Under the pieces are notes generated by a model. That model was not told where the DNA came from. It was given only the letters and a program-made list of their open reading frames with translations, and made no database searches. A stretch of 64,000 bases of DNA from Nitrososphaeria archaeon. Lineage in GTDB: Archaea; Thermoproteota; Nitrososphaeria; JACIWG01. Made by a program: the position numbers and the translations under genes. Shown in pieces: positions 6,777-17,046 of this stretch; the stretch's first letter is position 1; the number at the start of each line of letters is the position of its first letter. Where the stretch lies: contig JBEKIG010000011.1 of NCBI GenBank assembly GCA_050011875.1, positions 92,019 through 156,018 of the forward strand. The letters are read 5' to 3'.

Positions 6777-8957
6777 CTAAACGTGGAAAACTCCTGTGAG
6801 AAGCAGGTCGATCAGCTTAATTCCTACGAAAGGCACGATGACGCCGCCAACACCATAAATCAACGCATTCTTCAGGAAAAGGGTCATGGTATCGGTAGGC
6901 TTGAACTCGATGCCTCGCATCGCAAGAGGGATCAGCAATGGTATGATGATCGCATTAAATATCAATGCAGACAAGACAGCGCTCTTTAGCCCAAGATGGA
7001 GTATGTTCAACGCCTGAAGTTGGGGAATGGCAGCACCAAACAGAACAGGCATTATAGCGAAATATTTTGCAACATCATTAGCAATGCTGAAAGTAGTAAC
7101 AGCCCCACGGGTCATAAGCAATTGTTTCCCCAGCATGATGACGTCAATTACTTTTGCAGGATTAGATTCCAAATCAACCATGTTCGCAGCTTCTTTCGCT
7201 GCCTCAGTCCCAGAATTCATGGCCAGACCTACATCAGCAACCGAAAGGGCTGGAGCGTCATTAGTACCATCACCTATCATAGCTACAATAAGACCTTCAG
7301 CTTGCTCCTTTTTGGCGATGCTGAACTTGTTCTCAGGCTTCGCCTGGGCCACGTATTCATCGATTCCGACCTCATGCGCAATGCTCTTTGCGGTCAAAGG
7401 CTGATCTCCGGTAATCATAACCGGACGTATCCCCATGGTTTTGAGAGCTTCTATTTTCTCCCTAATGCCTTCCTTGAGAACATCCTTCAAGCGAATGACT
7501 CCGATGGCTTTGCCGTTCCGTGCGATGGCTATCGGTGTTTCCCCAGCCATTGAAATCTTCTCCACTAACGTGTCATAATTGGTAGGAACGGAAGGCAAAA
7601 GTTTCTTTATCGATTCCGGGGCACCCTTTATTATTTCGATTTCAGGTTCGGGAATAGAAGCAGCTGCTTTGGTTGCTGAGGAAGATTTTCTCCTGATTCG
7701 AAGCCTTTCGTCAATAGATTTGCCACCCTTCAGCAGCTTCATACCCAAGTGTTGAGTTATCTGCACTCCGCTGGTCCGCGTACTAGCTGAGAATGGCTGA
7801 ACTCTCGACGTTGACAGAGCATTTATTTCGTTGGGCACCCAGCCTCTTTCGTACGCGAGTCTAAGGATACTGCGCCCCTCAGGCGTATCGTCGTGCCAAG
7901 ACGAGAGAAAAGCTGCTTCACCTACATCACGTTCGGTAAATCCTTCAAGCGGTATAAATTCGATTGCCAGCCGGTTCCCTACAGTAATTGTGCCGGTTTT
8001 ATCCAGACATACAACATCCGTATCTCCTGCAGTCTCAATAGCCTTGCCTGACTTTGCAATAATCTTATGCTTGTACAAACGGGACATTCCTGACAACCCA
8101 ATTGCAGGCAATAATGCACCTATTGTTGTCGGCAGAAGGCAAACGTAAAGCGCTATGAGAACTGAAAGATCAGCATTAAGACGAAGCGTAACAGACATTC
8201 CAAGCAACGCCACTATTATTATAGTGAAAATCGCAGTTAGACCAATTAGAACGATAGTAACTGCTACTTCGTTGGGCGTTTTTGGTCTCTTCGAAGACTC
8301 GACCATCTTTATCATCTGATCGATGAAAGTATCACCAGGGTTCGTAGTCACCTTCGCCGTCAAAGTATCACTAACCACTCGTGAACCACCAATCAACGCG
8401 TCCCCAGGCGCTTTCCTTACTGGCGCGGATTCGCCCGTGACGAGTGATTCATCTATCATAGCAATTCCCTCAAGAACATGAGCGTCCAAGGGAACTACGT
8501 CACCTTTCTCGAGAGCTATCAGATCGTCCTTTCTGAGCTCAGTTGATTTCACAGTGATAACTTTTCTAGCCCAATCCTCGGTCAAGATTTTCTTGCTAAG
8601 CACTTCTGTTTCTAGCTTGCGTAAGCTTCCAGCCGTTTGTTTTGCCTGTTGCTCCGCAAGGGCATCCGACAGGGTACTAAACCAGACCGTAATAAGAAGG
8701 ATGGCGGCTATTTCAACGTAGAAGATTTGCAGACTTGGACTCGCAACGGGCATAAAGGCCTTAGGAACAATAGCCATTGCCGCCACGATGAAGAATGTTA
8801 TTTCGACGATCAGCATGACAGGATTCTTGACCAGCGACTTTGGACTTAGTCGGACTATTGAGTCAACCAGCACCTTTCTTGAAAAAGCCGATTTCAATCC
8901 TCCGGAAGCTGAATCTCTCTTCCGTGGTTCGATCTTAGAGGCATTACCCATAGCCAT
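6777..8957 (-). CDS. kdpB: K+-transporting ATPase subunit B (P-type)
   Basis: KNPVM, TGES, KTPNE, CLLPTTIG, DKTGT, GDGTNDAPAL, TRGAVTTFSIANDVAKYF. Confidence 0.97.
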   Translation of the reverse strand: MAMGNASKIEPRKRDSASGGLKSAFSRKVLVDSIVRLSPKSLVKNPVMLIVEITFFIVAAMAIVPKAFMPVASPSLQIFYVEIAAILLITVWFSTLSDALAEQQAKQTAGSLRKLETEVLSKKILTEDWARKVITVKSTELRKDDLIALEKGDVVPLDAHVLEGIAMIDESLVTGESAPVRKAPGDALIGGSRVVSDTLTAKVTTNPGDTFIDQMIKMVESSKRPKTPNEVAVTIVLIGLTAIFTIIIVALLGMSVTLRLNADLSVLIALYVCLLPTTIGALLPAIGLSGMSRLYKHKIIAKSGKAIETAGDTDVVCLDKTGTITVGNRLAIEFIPLEGFTERDVGEAAFLSSWHDDTPEGRSILRLAYERGWVPNEINALSTSRVQPFSASTRTSGVQITQHLGMKLLKGGKSIDERLRIRRKSSSATKAAASIPEPEIEIIKGAPESIKKLLPSVPTNYDTLVEKISMAGETPIAIARNGKAIGVIRLKDVLKEGIREKIEALKTMGIRPVMITGDQPLTAKSIAHEVGIDEYVAQAKPENKFSIAKKEQAEGLIVAMIGDGTNDAPALSVADVGLAMNSGTEAAKEAANMVDLESNPAKVIDVIMLGKQLLMTRGAVTTFSIANDVAKYFAIMPVLFGAAIPQLQALNILHLGLKSAVLSALIFNAIIIPLLIPLAMRGIEFKPTDTMTLFLKNALIYGVGGVIVPFVGIKLIDLLLTGVFHV

Positions 8958-10602
8958 TCACCAACCCTTTAAAGAATGACGAAATCGGCCCTAATGCCAA
9001 GAATGGGAAGAAAGTCAAAACAACCAGTATGATGATGCTTGCGACTAGGACTATAGTGAATATTGGGCTGTCAGTCCTTAGACCTGATGTACCGCCACGT
9101 TTTCTCCCAATCATTGAGCCCGAGAGCGCAAGAAGGATCATGATGGGAACATAACGCCCAATGAAAATAACTATGGCAGTGCTCAGGTTGAAGAAGAGAG
9201 TGTTTCCTGATGCCCCCAAGAAATCGGAACCGTTGTTTGCAGCAGCTGTCGTAAATTCATACAAAATTTGAGTGTATCCAGTAGAGCTACCGCTCACGCC
9301 GATAGCCGAAGCCGCACCTGAAGCATATGCGACAACAGTAGGGATCAGGATAATAATTGGGTGGATTAGAAAAGTTATCATAACAAGCAGCACATCTCGC
9401 CCAGTGATCTTAATTTCCAAGTATTCAGGCGTTCTACCGGACATGAGACCCACAATGAAGACAGTTATGATAATGAACATCACCATGTACATCATGCCAA
9501 CACCCTTTCCGCCAGGGATCGACTGAACGAACATGCCCATGAACGCCGAAACTATCACCAGCGGATGCATCGCCGACAACGAAGAGTTTACAGACCCAGT
9601 CGTAAAGGCAGTAGTTATGACAGTCCAAAAAGTGGACATGAAACCTCCAAACCTCGTTTCAATACCAGGCGCAACGAGTGGAATGCTCGGAAAGGAGGCT
9701 ATCGCTAAATTAACTCCGATAAGAATCAACGCACCCCACAAAAGAGGCCTAGATTCCCGTCTCTTACCAAGCAACTCTCCGAAAACAAAACACAAAGCAA
9801 AAGGAAGCAGCATCATCAATGCAATCTCAAATATGTCTGAGTAAGGGCTCGGATTCATGAATGGATAGGCAGCGTTCGCGCCATAGTACCCGCCGCCGTT
9901 GGTCCCCAACTGCATAATTGACGTAAGGCTCGCCACAGGCCCGATAAGGATCGATTGTGTGGTTCCTTCAACGGTTTTCACAGCAGAGTAGGCATTAAGA
10001 CTTTGGGGAACACCCATTGCGACAAGAATAACTGAAGCAATAATGCAAAGGGGCAAAAGGATTCTGGTGATGGTTCTAACAAAGTCAACAAAGAAGTTCC
10101 CCATATCTTTGGAACCTACGATGAAACCCCGTACCATGGCGATTCCCATGCATATGCCAGTCGCAGCAGAGATCCATTGAAGAAATTGAATGGCAGTCAT
10201 CTGACTAAAAATAGAAAGCGTGGTTTCACCATTGTAATGTTGAAGATTCGTGTTTGTGGCAAACGAGACAACCGTGTTAAGGGCCAAATCCCAACTTAGG
10301 CCAGGAAAGCCTTGAGGATTAAGAGGCAAGTGGCCTTGAAAAACTAAGATTAAAAAGCCAATTACCATTTGTGTGACGTTAAGCAGAAGGCCAGAAAGGA
10401 AGTACTGCTTCCAGCCCATCACCTGGTCAGGGTTCACACCGCCCATTTTGTAAATAAAGTTCTCAACAGGACTAAGTATCTTATCTAAACGGTTTGGAGA
10501 TCGGGTGTAGACTCGCGTTATGTACGGCGCAATCAGCTTCGCAAGAGCCACAGTCACGCCGAGTATCAATACTACTGCCAGAACTTGAACTGCATCTATC
10601 AA
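8944..10602 (-). CDS. kdpA: K+-transporting ATPase subunit A
   Basis: SFATNTNLQHY, LGTNGGG, GRTPEYL, ANNGS selectivity-filter motifs. Confidence 0.96.
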   Translation of the reverse strand: MIDAVQVLAVVLILGVTVALAKLIAPYITRVYTRSPNRLDKILSPVENFIYKMGGVNPDQVMGWKQYFLSGLLLNVTQMVIGFLILVFQGHLPLNPQGFPGLSWDLALNTVVSFATNTNLQHYNGETTLSIFSQMTAIQFLQWISAATGICMGIAMVRGFIVGSKDMGNFFVDFVRTITRILLPLCIIASVILVAMGVPQSLNAYSAVKTVEGTTQSILIGPVASLTSIMQLGTNGGGYYGANAAYPFMNPSPYSDIFEIALMMLLPFALCFVFGELLGKRRESRPLLWGALILIGVNLAIASFPSIPLVAPGIETRFGGFMSTFWTVITTAFTTGSVNSSLSAMHPLVIVSAFMGMFVQSIPGGKGVGMMYMVMFIIITVFIVGLMSGRTPEYLEIKITGRDVLLVMITFLIHPIIILIPTVVAYASGAASAIGVSGSSTGYTQILYEFTTAAANNGSDFLGASGNTLFFNLSTAIVIFIGRYVPIMILLALSGSMIGRKRGGTSGLRTDSPIFTIVLVASIIILVVLTFFPFLALGPISSFFKGLVNGYG

Positions 10603-10712
10603 TTATTCCCAAACTCCAAAGTCTAGCAAACCAGTTCACTATGGCTCCCTTCCTCCATTATAGCAGCGATATTGATCTTAACATTTTGATCTCCGCCTCA
10701 TTAATCAAGAAA

Positions 10713-11000
10713 TCAAACTAACGTTAACCGTGACATTTCCTCTACACATTTTGGCCCTTTATGAGCCTTGAGAACAATCGAGCTAACCGTGCTTTTGACA
10801 CCTTTAATCTTCATTATCTTATTCTTCAGGACGTCCCTGAACTCTTCTATGTCATCCGCGGAAACGAGAATAACAATGTCTTCTTCACCCGTTACCTCAT
10901 AAAGCTCTTCGAGATTTTCAGGCAGCTTTAAAGATGATATGACATTATCCATTTCAGTAGATTCCACGAAGATATCAACGAAAGCTAAGAGTTTTGGCAT
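10713..11000 (-). CDS. stand-alone Lrp/AsnC ligand-binding (RAM) domain protein, copy 1
   Basis: ELYEVTGEEDIV...KIKGVKSTVSSIV; no HTH; near-identical to 14373-14642. Confidence 0.9.
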   Translation of the reverse strand: MPKLLAFVDIFVESTEMDNVISSLKLPENLEELYEVTGEEDIVILVSADDIEEFRDVLKNKIMKIKGVKSTVSSIVLKAHKGPKCVEEMSRLTLV

Positions 11001-11032
11001 TTTAGGTCATCATCATTGTTTTTATTAGTATA

Positions 11033-11151
11033 TATGCTTTCATTCTTTTCTCCTCATTGATTTACTTTCCATCCCTTTTCGTTTGTGAGTTTTGGCATTT
11101 TAGTTCACTATCATTGCCATAATGGGCATATTGTACCCATATTTATCCTTT
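11033..11151. repeat. 119-bp exact direct repeat A, copy 1 (promoter, mini-ORF and truncated gene start)
   Basis: Identical to 11946-12064; imperfect similarity continues about 16 bp leftwards. Confidence 0.95.
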
Positions 11152-11719
11152 AATGTTTGGCGTGGTAGATTTGCTTTGGACGCTTGTGATAATAGGTTCT
11201 GTAGCTGTAATAACAATAAAGCTGCGTACCGAAATCAAAAATGATATTTGACCATGATAACTCATCATCTATTTGAGTTGGCCTCTAGCCAACACCAGTT
11301 TTTTAAAAAAAACCGCTTGGTAGATTTTAAAGAACAAAACTATGAAGGTAAACACCCTTTTCGGTTTTTTTCCCACAGCATGTCTTTCCTCAAATGATGC
11401 ATAGGGAATGCTTTTTGCATTCTTCTTTGAAAAAATCTTCTTCAATAATTTTTAATGATGATATGTTTCCATGACAGTACTGCAATGACCCTCAACTCAT
11501 GCATTTCTGGGAAAATCTTAGCCACCAAGATTTCCTTATACTTTGGCTAGCAACCAACTATGAATGGTTCTGTTCTGAAAAACGTAAGGCGCTAGAAGCC
11601 CACATATTTTAGAAAAATAGAAGTGGGATTGTCTGAGAATTTTCACAGAGACCCCAATTGTACTGGCTGAATCGGCTTGGGACTCGTTTGAAAGCTACTC
11701 CCAGATAACTGCTTGAAGG

Positions 11720-11956
11720 TTAAACAGGTGTTAGTACAATAGATGTTTCCGTGCGAATGACGTCTGGGTCTTTTTCGACTACCCTGTACACTATTTGGTT
11801 TATGTTCTCAAGGGCAGGGGCCTCAATAATCATGACTGCATCGTATTGGCCAAATATGGCATCTGCTGAGATCATTTCTTTGGTTTTCTCTTTTATTCTC
11901 TTGACTACTTCCAACGAGGTTCCAGGTTTTGTTCTTATTAGAATGTATGCTTTCAT
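11720..11956 (-). CDS. stand-alone Lrp/AsnC ligand-binding domain protein
   Basis: MKAYILIRTKPG...AIFGQYDAV...VIRTETSIV. Confidence 0.9.
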   Translation of the reverse strand: MKAYILIRTKPGTSLEVVKRIKEKTKEMISADAIFGQYDAVMIIEAPALENINQIVYRVVEKDPDVIRTETSIVLTPV

Positions 11957-12064
11957 TCTTTTCTCCTCATTGATTTACTTTCCATCCCTTTTCGTTTGTG
12001 AGTTTTGGCATTTTAGTTCACTATCATTGCCATAATGGGCATATTGTACCCATATTTATCCTTT
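11946..12064. repeat. 119-bp exact direct repeat A, copy 2
   Basis: Identical to 11033-11151. Confidence 0.95.
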
Positions 12065-12203
12065 GAATTGGTGAGCATAATAATGGAGGGAATTGTAATT
12101 TTCCTATTGGAAAAGATAGAGACAGATGAGGCGCTAGCTGCGAGATGCGCAGGAAGAATACCCTGCGTTTTCTTTCAAGAGGAAATTTTAGAGGCTAAAA
12201 AAG

Positions 12204-13766
12204 ATGGCAAGTGACACGACAAGTATTCAAAACCAGCAGCCCTCTAAGATGAAGAAGACCCTGAGCCTTGCAGGTTTAACGATTAATGCCATGGCTTTAA
12301 TAGCTCCAGGTGCGTTCTTGTGGATCACAATCCAGGTTCAGGCGGCTCAGAAAGACCCTGCCGGATTCTCAACAGCGTCCGACATATGGTTCGGGCTCTT
12401 AGTAGCTTTAATCTTATCATTTTTAACCGCTGCCTCGTATGCTTGGCTGTCCAAACGTTATCCAGAATCCGGCGCCGGAAGTTCATATTATTTTGCTCAA
12501 AGAGCCTGGCTTGATCGAGGCAGCAGCAACCGTTCAGCGCGCAACGCCAAATTCGCTGTAGGCTGGCTTTCCCACCTCTATTACTGGGTTTACCCAGGCG
12601 TGATGGTGGCATTCATGGCTGTCCTATTGTCATGGGTCTTACAGACACTAGGTTTCGCCGTTTCTCCATTCGCCCAGATAGCGATTGCATTTGCGTTTGC
12701 AACCGTAACCGGTTACATAGCCTACCGCGGAATACAGGGATCAACGAAGACAAACCTACTTCTCAACATTGTCCAGCTCACTATGCTGGTGGGGGTTACA
12801 ATAATGGCACTAGCCTATCGTTTCCTTAACCCCAATTTAAGCTTCGAGTTCTCCAACATCGGCAGCATAGTTATTCCCCACAACGCTAGCCACGTATTGT
12901 TTCAAGCAACTATCGCCATACTTGTATTGGTAGGATTTGAAACAGCCACAGCTTTGACAGCAGAAGCAAAAAACCCTAAGGATGTTCCAAGAGCAGTAGT
13001 CCTCTCACTCGCAATACAAGGAGCCTTTGCATACCTATTCGCATACTTCGGATTCCTAGCATGGATTTCTAAAGATGGGTTAGCGGCGGCTGCAGCATCA
13101 AGTGCTCCTTATGGAGACATGGTCCGCAATCTTGGAAACGTATTCTTTGGCGGAAACGGTTTCATTCTCATGATGATAGTCGCAGTAGTCGTTCTTGCGG
13201 CAATTCTCGGTACCACTCTCGCTTGCATGAACACAGGCGTGCGAGTTACCTATGCCATTAGCAGCGACACAGAAGTCCCTCGGCAGCTAAGCAAGATGAA
13301 CCCACAGTACGCCACTCCAGGAGTAGGGATCTGGGTGATGACTCTGATTTCAGCGATTATCGGTGCCTTCGGTGCCCTTTCCGTTATAAATTTAACAGCG
13401 ATTTGTTTACTTTCAAACGTTGGTACTTTCATACTCTACGGGCTGACGAATTTCGTGGCGATGCTTGCCTTTGCTAAAGAGCGCAGTTCAATCCTAAAAC
13501 GCCGAATAGTTCCCCTTCTTGGCCTTAGCGCAAACGTCCTGATGCTTGGCGTCGTCGTTTGGCTCGGTTTGCTTGGTGGGGGAGACTCAGCTTGGGAAGC
13601 GTTATTTGCACTGGCTGGCACAGCAATTTGGTTACTTCTAGGCTTGGTATACTTCCGGGTAAACTCGAGAACACAGTCCTCCCCATTGTTCCCATTCCCA
13701 GGCTTGGAGCCAACAAACGACAAGAAAACGAGATACACAACAAGGAAAGATCAAGGGGGATTTTGA
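12204..13766 (+). CDS. APC-superfamily amino acid/polyamine permease
   Basis: About 12 TM; MALIAPG, GSSYYF, VGFETATALTAEAKNP, RVTYA..P..L...NP.YATP. Confidence 0.9.
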   Translation: MASDTTSIQNQQPSKMKKTLSLAGLTINAMALIAPGAFLWITIQVQAAQKDPAGFSTASDIWFGLLVALILSFLTAASYAWLSKRYPESGAGSSYYFAQRAWLDRGSSNRSARNAKFAVGWLSHLYYWVYPGVMVAFMAVLLSWVLQTLGFAVSPFAQIAIAFAFATVTGYIAYRGIQGSTKTNLLLNIVQLTMLVGVTIMALAYRFLNPNLSFEFSNIGSIVIPHNASHVLFQATIAILVLVGFETATALTAEAKNPKDVPRAVVLSLAIQGAFAYLFAYFGFLAWISKDGLAAAAASSAPYGDMVRNLGNVFFGGNGFILMMIVAVVVLAAILGTTLACMNTGVRVTYAISSDTEVPRQLSKMNPQYATPGVGIWVMTLISAIIGAFGALSVINLTAICLLSNVGTFILYGLTNFVAMLAFAKERSSILKRRIVPLLGLSANVLMLGVVVWLGLLGGGDSAWEALFALAGTAIWLLLGLVYFRVNSRTQSSPLFPFPGLEPTNDKKTRYTTRKDQGGF

Positions 13767-13836
13767 TAGCCTTCGATAAACATCCTTATTCTTCTTTTGT
13801 TCGTGAAAACCATTACAATACGTTTCTTTTTTGGTG

Positions 13837-13872
13837 TACATCTATTTCCCCATTCACTTTCACCATTTTCTA
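13837..13872. repeat. 36-bp exact direct repeat, copy 2 (orphan copy of the wHTH gene start)
   Basis: Identical to 3326-3361. Confidence 0.95.
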
Positions 13873-14372
13873 CGCGTATATAAGAGTGGTCAGGAATAGC
13901 GCGCGCCTTCACGGGACAAAAAACCGTCGACAAGAGCACTAGCGCCGGTCAAACTACCTGTTGGTCATGCATGCCACATTGTTGCCCAAGATCGGTTCAT
14001 TAAGGATCTGGAACAGTTTATAATTGGAAAACCCTCTTAATACTTCACGATTGAAAAAGGAAAATAGTAAATTTAGGATTTCGCGCTCTTTTTCCCTAAA
14101 CTGTCCCAAATCTTTTGAGCAAAAAGTGTTACAGATGTTAACCTACAACATTGTTAGGCCTAATGAGTATATCCTGCAAATCCAAGGCAGTCTGTGCCCT
14201 AAATTCGTAAAGCTTGGCGTGCTGAACAAACTTGGCAGAGACATCCCGCAGTCGAAGTAGAACTGGTTGACTATGTGGTCAATAGCGCGCGCTGACTCAA
14301 ATCTTAAATCATCAAAGAATGCGACAGCAAAGGAGAAAAGAAACTTCCAAGAAATCAAGCTAACGTTGACCG

Positions 14373-14642
14373 TTATATTTCCTCTACACATTTTGGCCCT
14401 TTATGAGCCTTGAGAACAATCGAGCTAACCGTGCTTTTAACGCCTTTGATCTTCATTATTTTATTCTTCAGAACCTCCCTGAACTCTTCTATATCATCCG
14501 CGGAAACCAAAGTCACAATATCTTCTTCACCCGTTACCTCATAAAGCTCTTCGAGATTGTCAAGCAACTTCAAAGACGATACAACATCATCCATTTCAGT
14601 AGATTCCACGAAGATATCAACGAAAGCTAAGAGTTTTGGCAT
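14373..14642 (-). CDS. stand-alone Lrp/AsnC ligand-binding domain protein, copy 2
   Basis: Near-identical paralog of 10713-11000; a TCA>TAA change shortens it by 6 aa. Confidence 0.9.
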   Translation of the reverse strand: MPKLLAFVDIFVESTEMDDVVSSLKLLDNLEELYEVTGEEDIVTLVSADDIEEFREVLKNKIMKIKGVKSTVSSIVLKAHKGPKCVEEI

Positions 14643-15162
14643 TTTAGGTCATCATCATTGCAATAAAGGGCATATGGATCGATATTTATCCTTTCTAGAT
14701 ACTCTAAGTCTAGGAATTAACAATCTTGCGGCCAATGACTTGGAGATGGATGTTCATTGATTTATAGTTCCGAACCTTTTGGTTATTAATCCCCCTAGGC
14801 CCGCTTCTGCAAACTTCAGAAGAATACAACAAAGGGCTTGTTATGATGGGAAGAAACAAGTTTCTTATCACCATGGAAAATAACGGTGCAAGACAGAAGA
14901 TCATTAACATATGCGATATAGAAAGCCATTTCTCAAGGACGGGGACTTGCAAAACTTCCAAACGGCAAAGTTATAATGGTACCTCCAACTTAAGATGCAC
15001 AACGCTGTTTTATGTCTTTCAAGGGCACACTTTTTGGAAGGCTCCTACCTAAATTTTATGACCTCTGATTGTTTTTAAATACCTTTTATTTTTTGGAATT
15101 AGTGCAATTAATAGCCTTCTCTGAAACTAGTTTTAGGTAAAAAAAAGAGGGAAGCCTATAGA

Positions 15163-15987
15163 TCACTTTGCGTACGCTTCGACAAGGTCACGTGCTGTGA
15201 TGATACCTACTAGTGCATCGTCCTTCTTGATAGGTAATCTTCTTATGTGCTTTGATGTCATAACGTGAGCAGCTTCATGAACGCTTATTCCTGAAGAACC
15301 TGTAATAAGTGAGGATGGCGTTACTGAACTTAGCGGCACATCCAAAGTCTTATCCTTTGCCAAGAACGTGGTAAGTAGATCACGTTCTGTGAATATGCCA
15401 GTCGGTAGTCCTCTGGTAGTTACTATGACACTGCCAACGCGCCTCTGGCCCATCGCCTTAACCACACTAGCAACTGAAGTTCTCTCATCAAACTCTATAA
15501 TTTCTTTAGTCATAAAGTCATCGACCTTAAGCTGGGTTTCAGGTGCCTCAGGTAAACTTCGGATAAGATCTGATGCGGTCACCATTCCTACAAGTTTTCC
15601 GCATTCAAAAACAGCGAGTCTTCCTTTTTTCTCTATCATTATTTGAGCTGCCTCCTTTATCTGAATTGTTGGGCAGATAGAAATTAGAGGAAAGGACATA
15701 ACTTTCTCAACAGCGACTTCTTTCAAATCCATCCCAATCGATAAGACATTACTTAGTAAATCTCTTTCTGTAACTATAGCAACAGGTGTAGCATATTTTA
15801 TTACAATTAAGCTTCCTATATGTTTTTCACCCATAATCTTAGATGCTTCATGCATTGTGGATTCAGGAGTTGTTGTCATAACATCTCTGCTCATAATTTC
15901 ATCTACCCTTTGATATCTCTTGGACTCCTTGTAAGCTCGATCTAGGACGCTAGGATACTCCTTCCTAAGATCCTTACTCGATTCCAT
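15163..15987 (-). CDS. CBS-domain protein (two CBS pairs)
   Basis: Repeated VDEIMS / IGSLIV / GIFTERDLL / GIITARDL motifs. Confidence 0.92.
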   Translation of the reverse strand: MESSKDLRKEYPSVLDRAYKESKRYQRVDEIMSRDVMTTTPESTMHEASKIMGEKHIGSLIVIKYATPVAIVTERDLLSNVLSIGMDLKEVAVEKVMSFPLISICPTIQIKEAAQIMIEKKGRLAVFECGKLVGMVTASDLIRSLPEAPETQLKVDDFMTKEIIEFDERTSVASVVKAMGQRRVGSVIVTTRGLPTGIFTERDLLTTFLAKDKTLDVPLSSVTPSSLITGSSGISVHEAAHVMTSKHIRRLPIKKDDALVGIITARDLVEAYAK

Positions 15988-16299
15988 AACTTTTCTATAT
16001 TATTATAATTAACAAACTTAAAAAGATTTAATACATTTTTCACCTGAAAGAAGAAACATTGGTTTTACAAAAAAGAACAAAGGCAAATAGTGGACGAAGT
16101 GCTTGACCTTACAGGATTAAAATCCTTAGAATATCGTTTATCTATATAATTAGCTCTTTTGTTATATTAGACCCAAGATAACCCTAGGATAAGGAGATAA
16201 ATTGACAGGGGACAGTCAATAATCCAATAACCCTTTTTCTTATTACAGGCATACAACACTCTTGGAAGATTATTAAGCAATTTATCTATACCGACATAC

Positions 16300-17046
16300 A
16301 TGGAAAGTTTAACAACAGATAAAAACTCTTACGCTGTGGGAGATACGATTTACTGGACGGCTTCAGGTTTAATAGTTGGAGAACTTTATACAATTCGTAT
16401 TGGTTTGCCGAGTGCAACTGCACCGCCTTACTCGATTGTTGCTGACTCTTGGACTGCGACAATAACTTCACAAACAGGCCTTATTCCTGTTATAAGCACC
16501 ATGCAGGGAGTAGCTTCACTCACGTTAGCCATAACCATCGATCAATCCCCAATTGAAACGCTTAAGCTTAATATTACTGTTAATCCAGCACCTACGCCTA
16601 CACCTCCTTCGCCGTTATCGGCTCAACTTCTGACTATAATTTCGCGCATAAGAGTTCTAGTAAAACCTGCTGGAGAGACTCCATATATGGTGAATCTTTT
16701 GGTTGACCCTCAAACAATACTTTTCGAGACAGAATCAAGCACTACTTCAGATTGGTTTGGCTCATCTTGCATTATAGGTATGGAGGATAGAGGTTTACCC
16801 TACGATAATCTAGGACATGGAGAGTGCACATTCAGAATCTGGTGGGCTAAAAGCCCAAATACAGAAAACTACACGGGGTATATGTGGTTCATAGAAATGT
16901 GGCCTGGCGGAGTAGATCCAAAAACATGTGAAATATTTGAGCCTTTAAAGAACACTTGGACAGATGTTCTCGATTATGCTCCTGGAGCGACAATATGGGC
17001 TGTCTACAAGGAAGTTCATCCTGACGGGCACATTATGAACCCCTAA
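16300..17046 (+). CDS. hypothetical protein (Ig/MG2-like N-domain, Pro-Thr linker, Trp-rich C-domain)
   Basis: 248-aa ORF; TDKNSYAVGDTI start, PAPTPTPPSP linker. Confidence 0.6.
   Translation: MESLTTDKNSYAVGDTIYWTASGLIVGELYTIRIGLPSATAPPYSIVADSWTATITSQTGLIPVISTMQGVASLTLAITIDQSPIETLKLNITVNPAPTPTPPSPLSAQLLTIISRIRVLVKPAGETPYMVNLLVDPQTILFETESSTTSDWFGSSCIIGMEDRGLPYDNLGHGECTFRIWWAKSPNTENYTGYMWFIEMWPGGVDPKTCEIFEPLKNTWTDVLDYAPGATIWAVYKEVHPDGHIMNP

Noticed and set aside
10603-10712. kdpF peptide
   Set aside because: No short hydrophobic ORF with a YL..AL..PE-type ending found on the minus strand
12065-13766. KimA/YdaO K+ transporter with a c-di-AMP riboswitch
   Set aside because: No SSDAxSSxAY-type motif or large C-terminal domain; the leader has only a short cgcagg/cctgcg hairpin, not the ydaO consensus
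2328-13872. 36-bp repeats as CRISPR repeats or spacers
   Set aside because: Only pairs separated by 1.1 and 10.5 kb; no array and no cas genes
16040-16150. Fragment QRQIVDEVLDLTGLKSLEYR resembling an ABC ATPase
   Set aside because: Too short and motif-free to call
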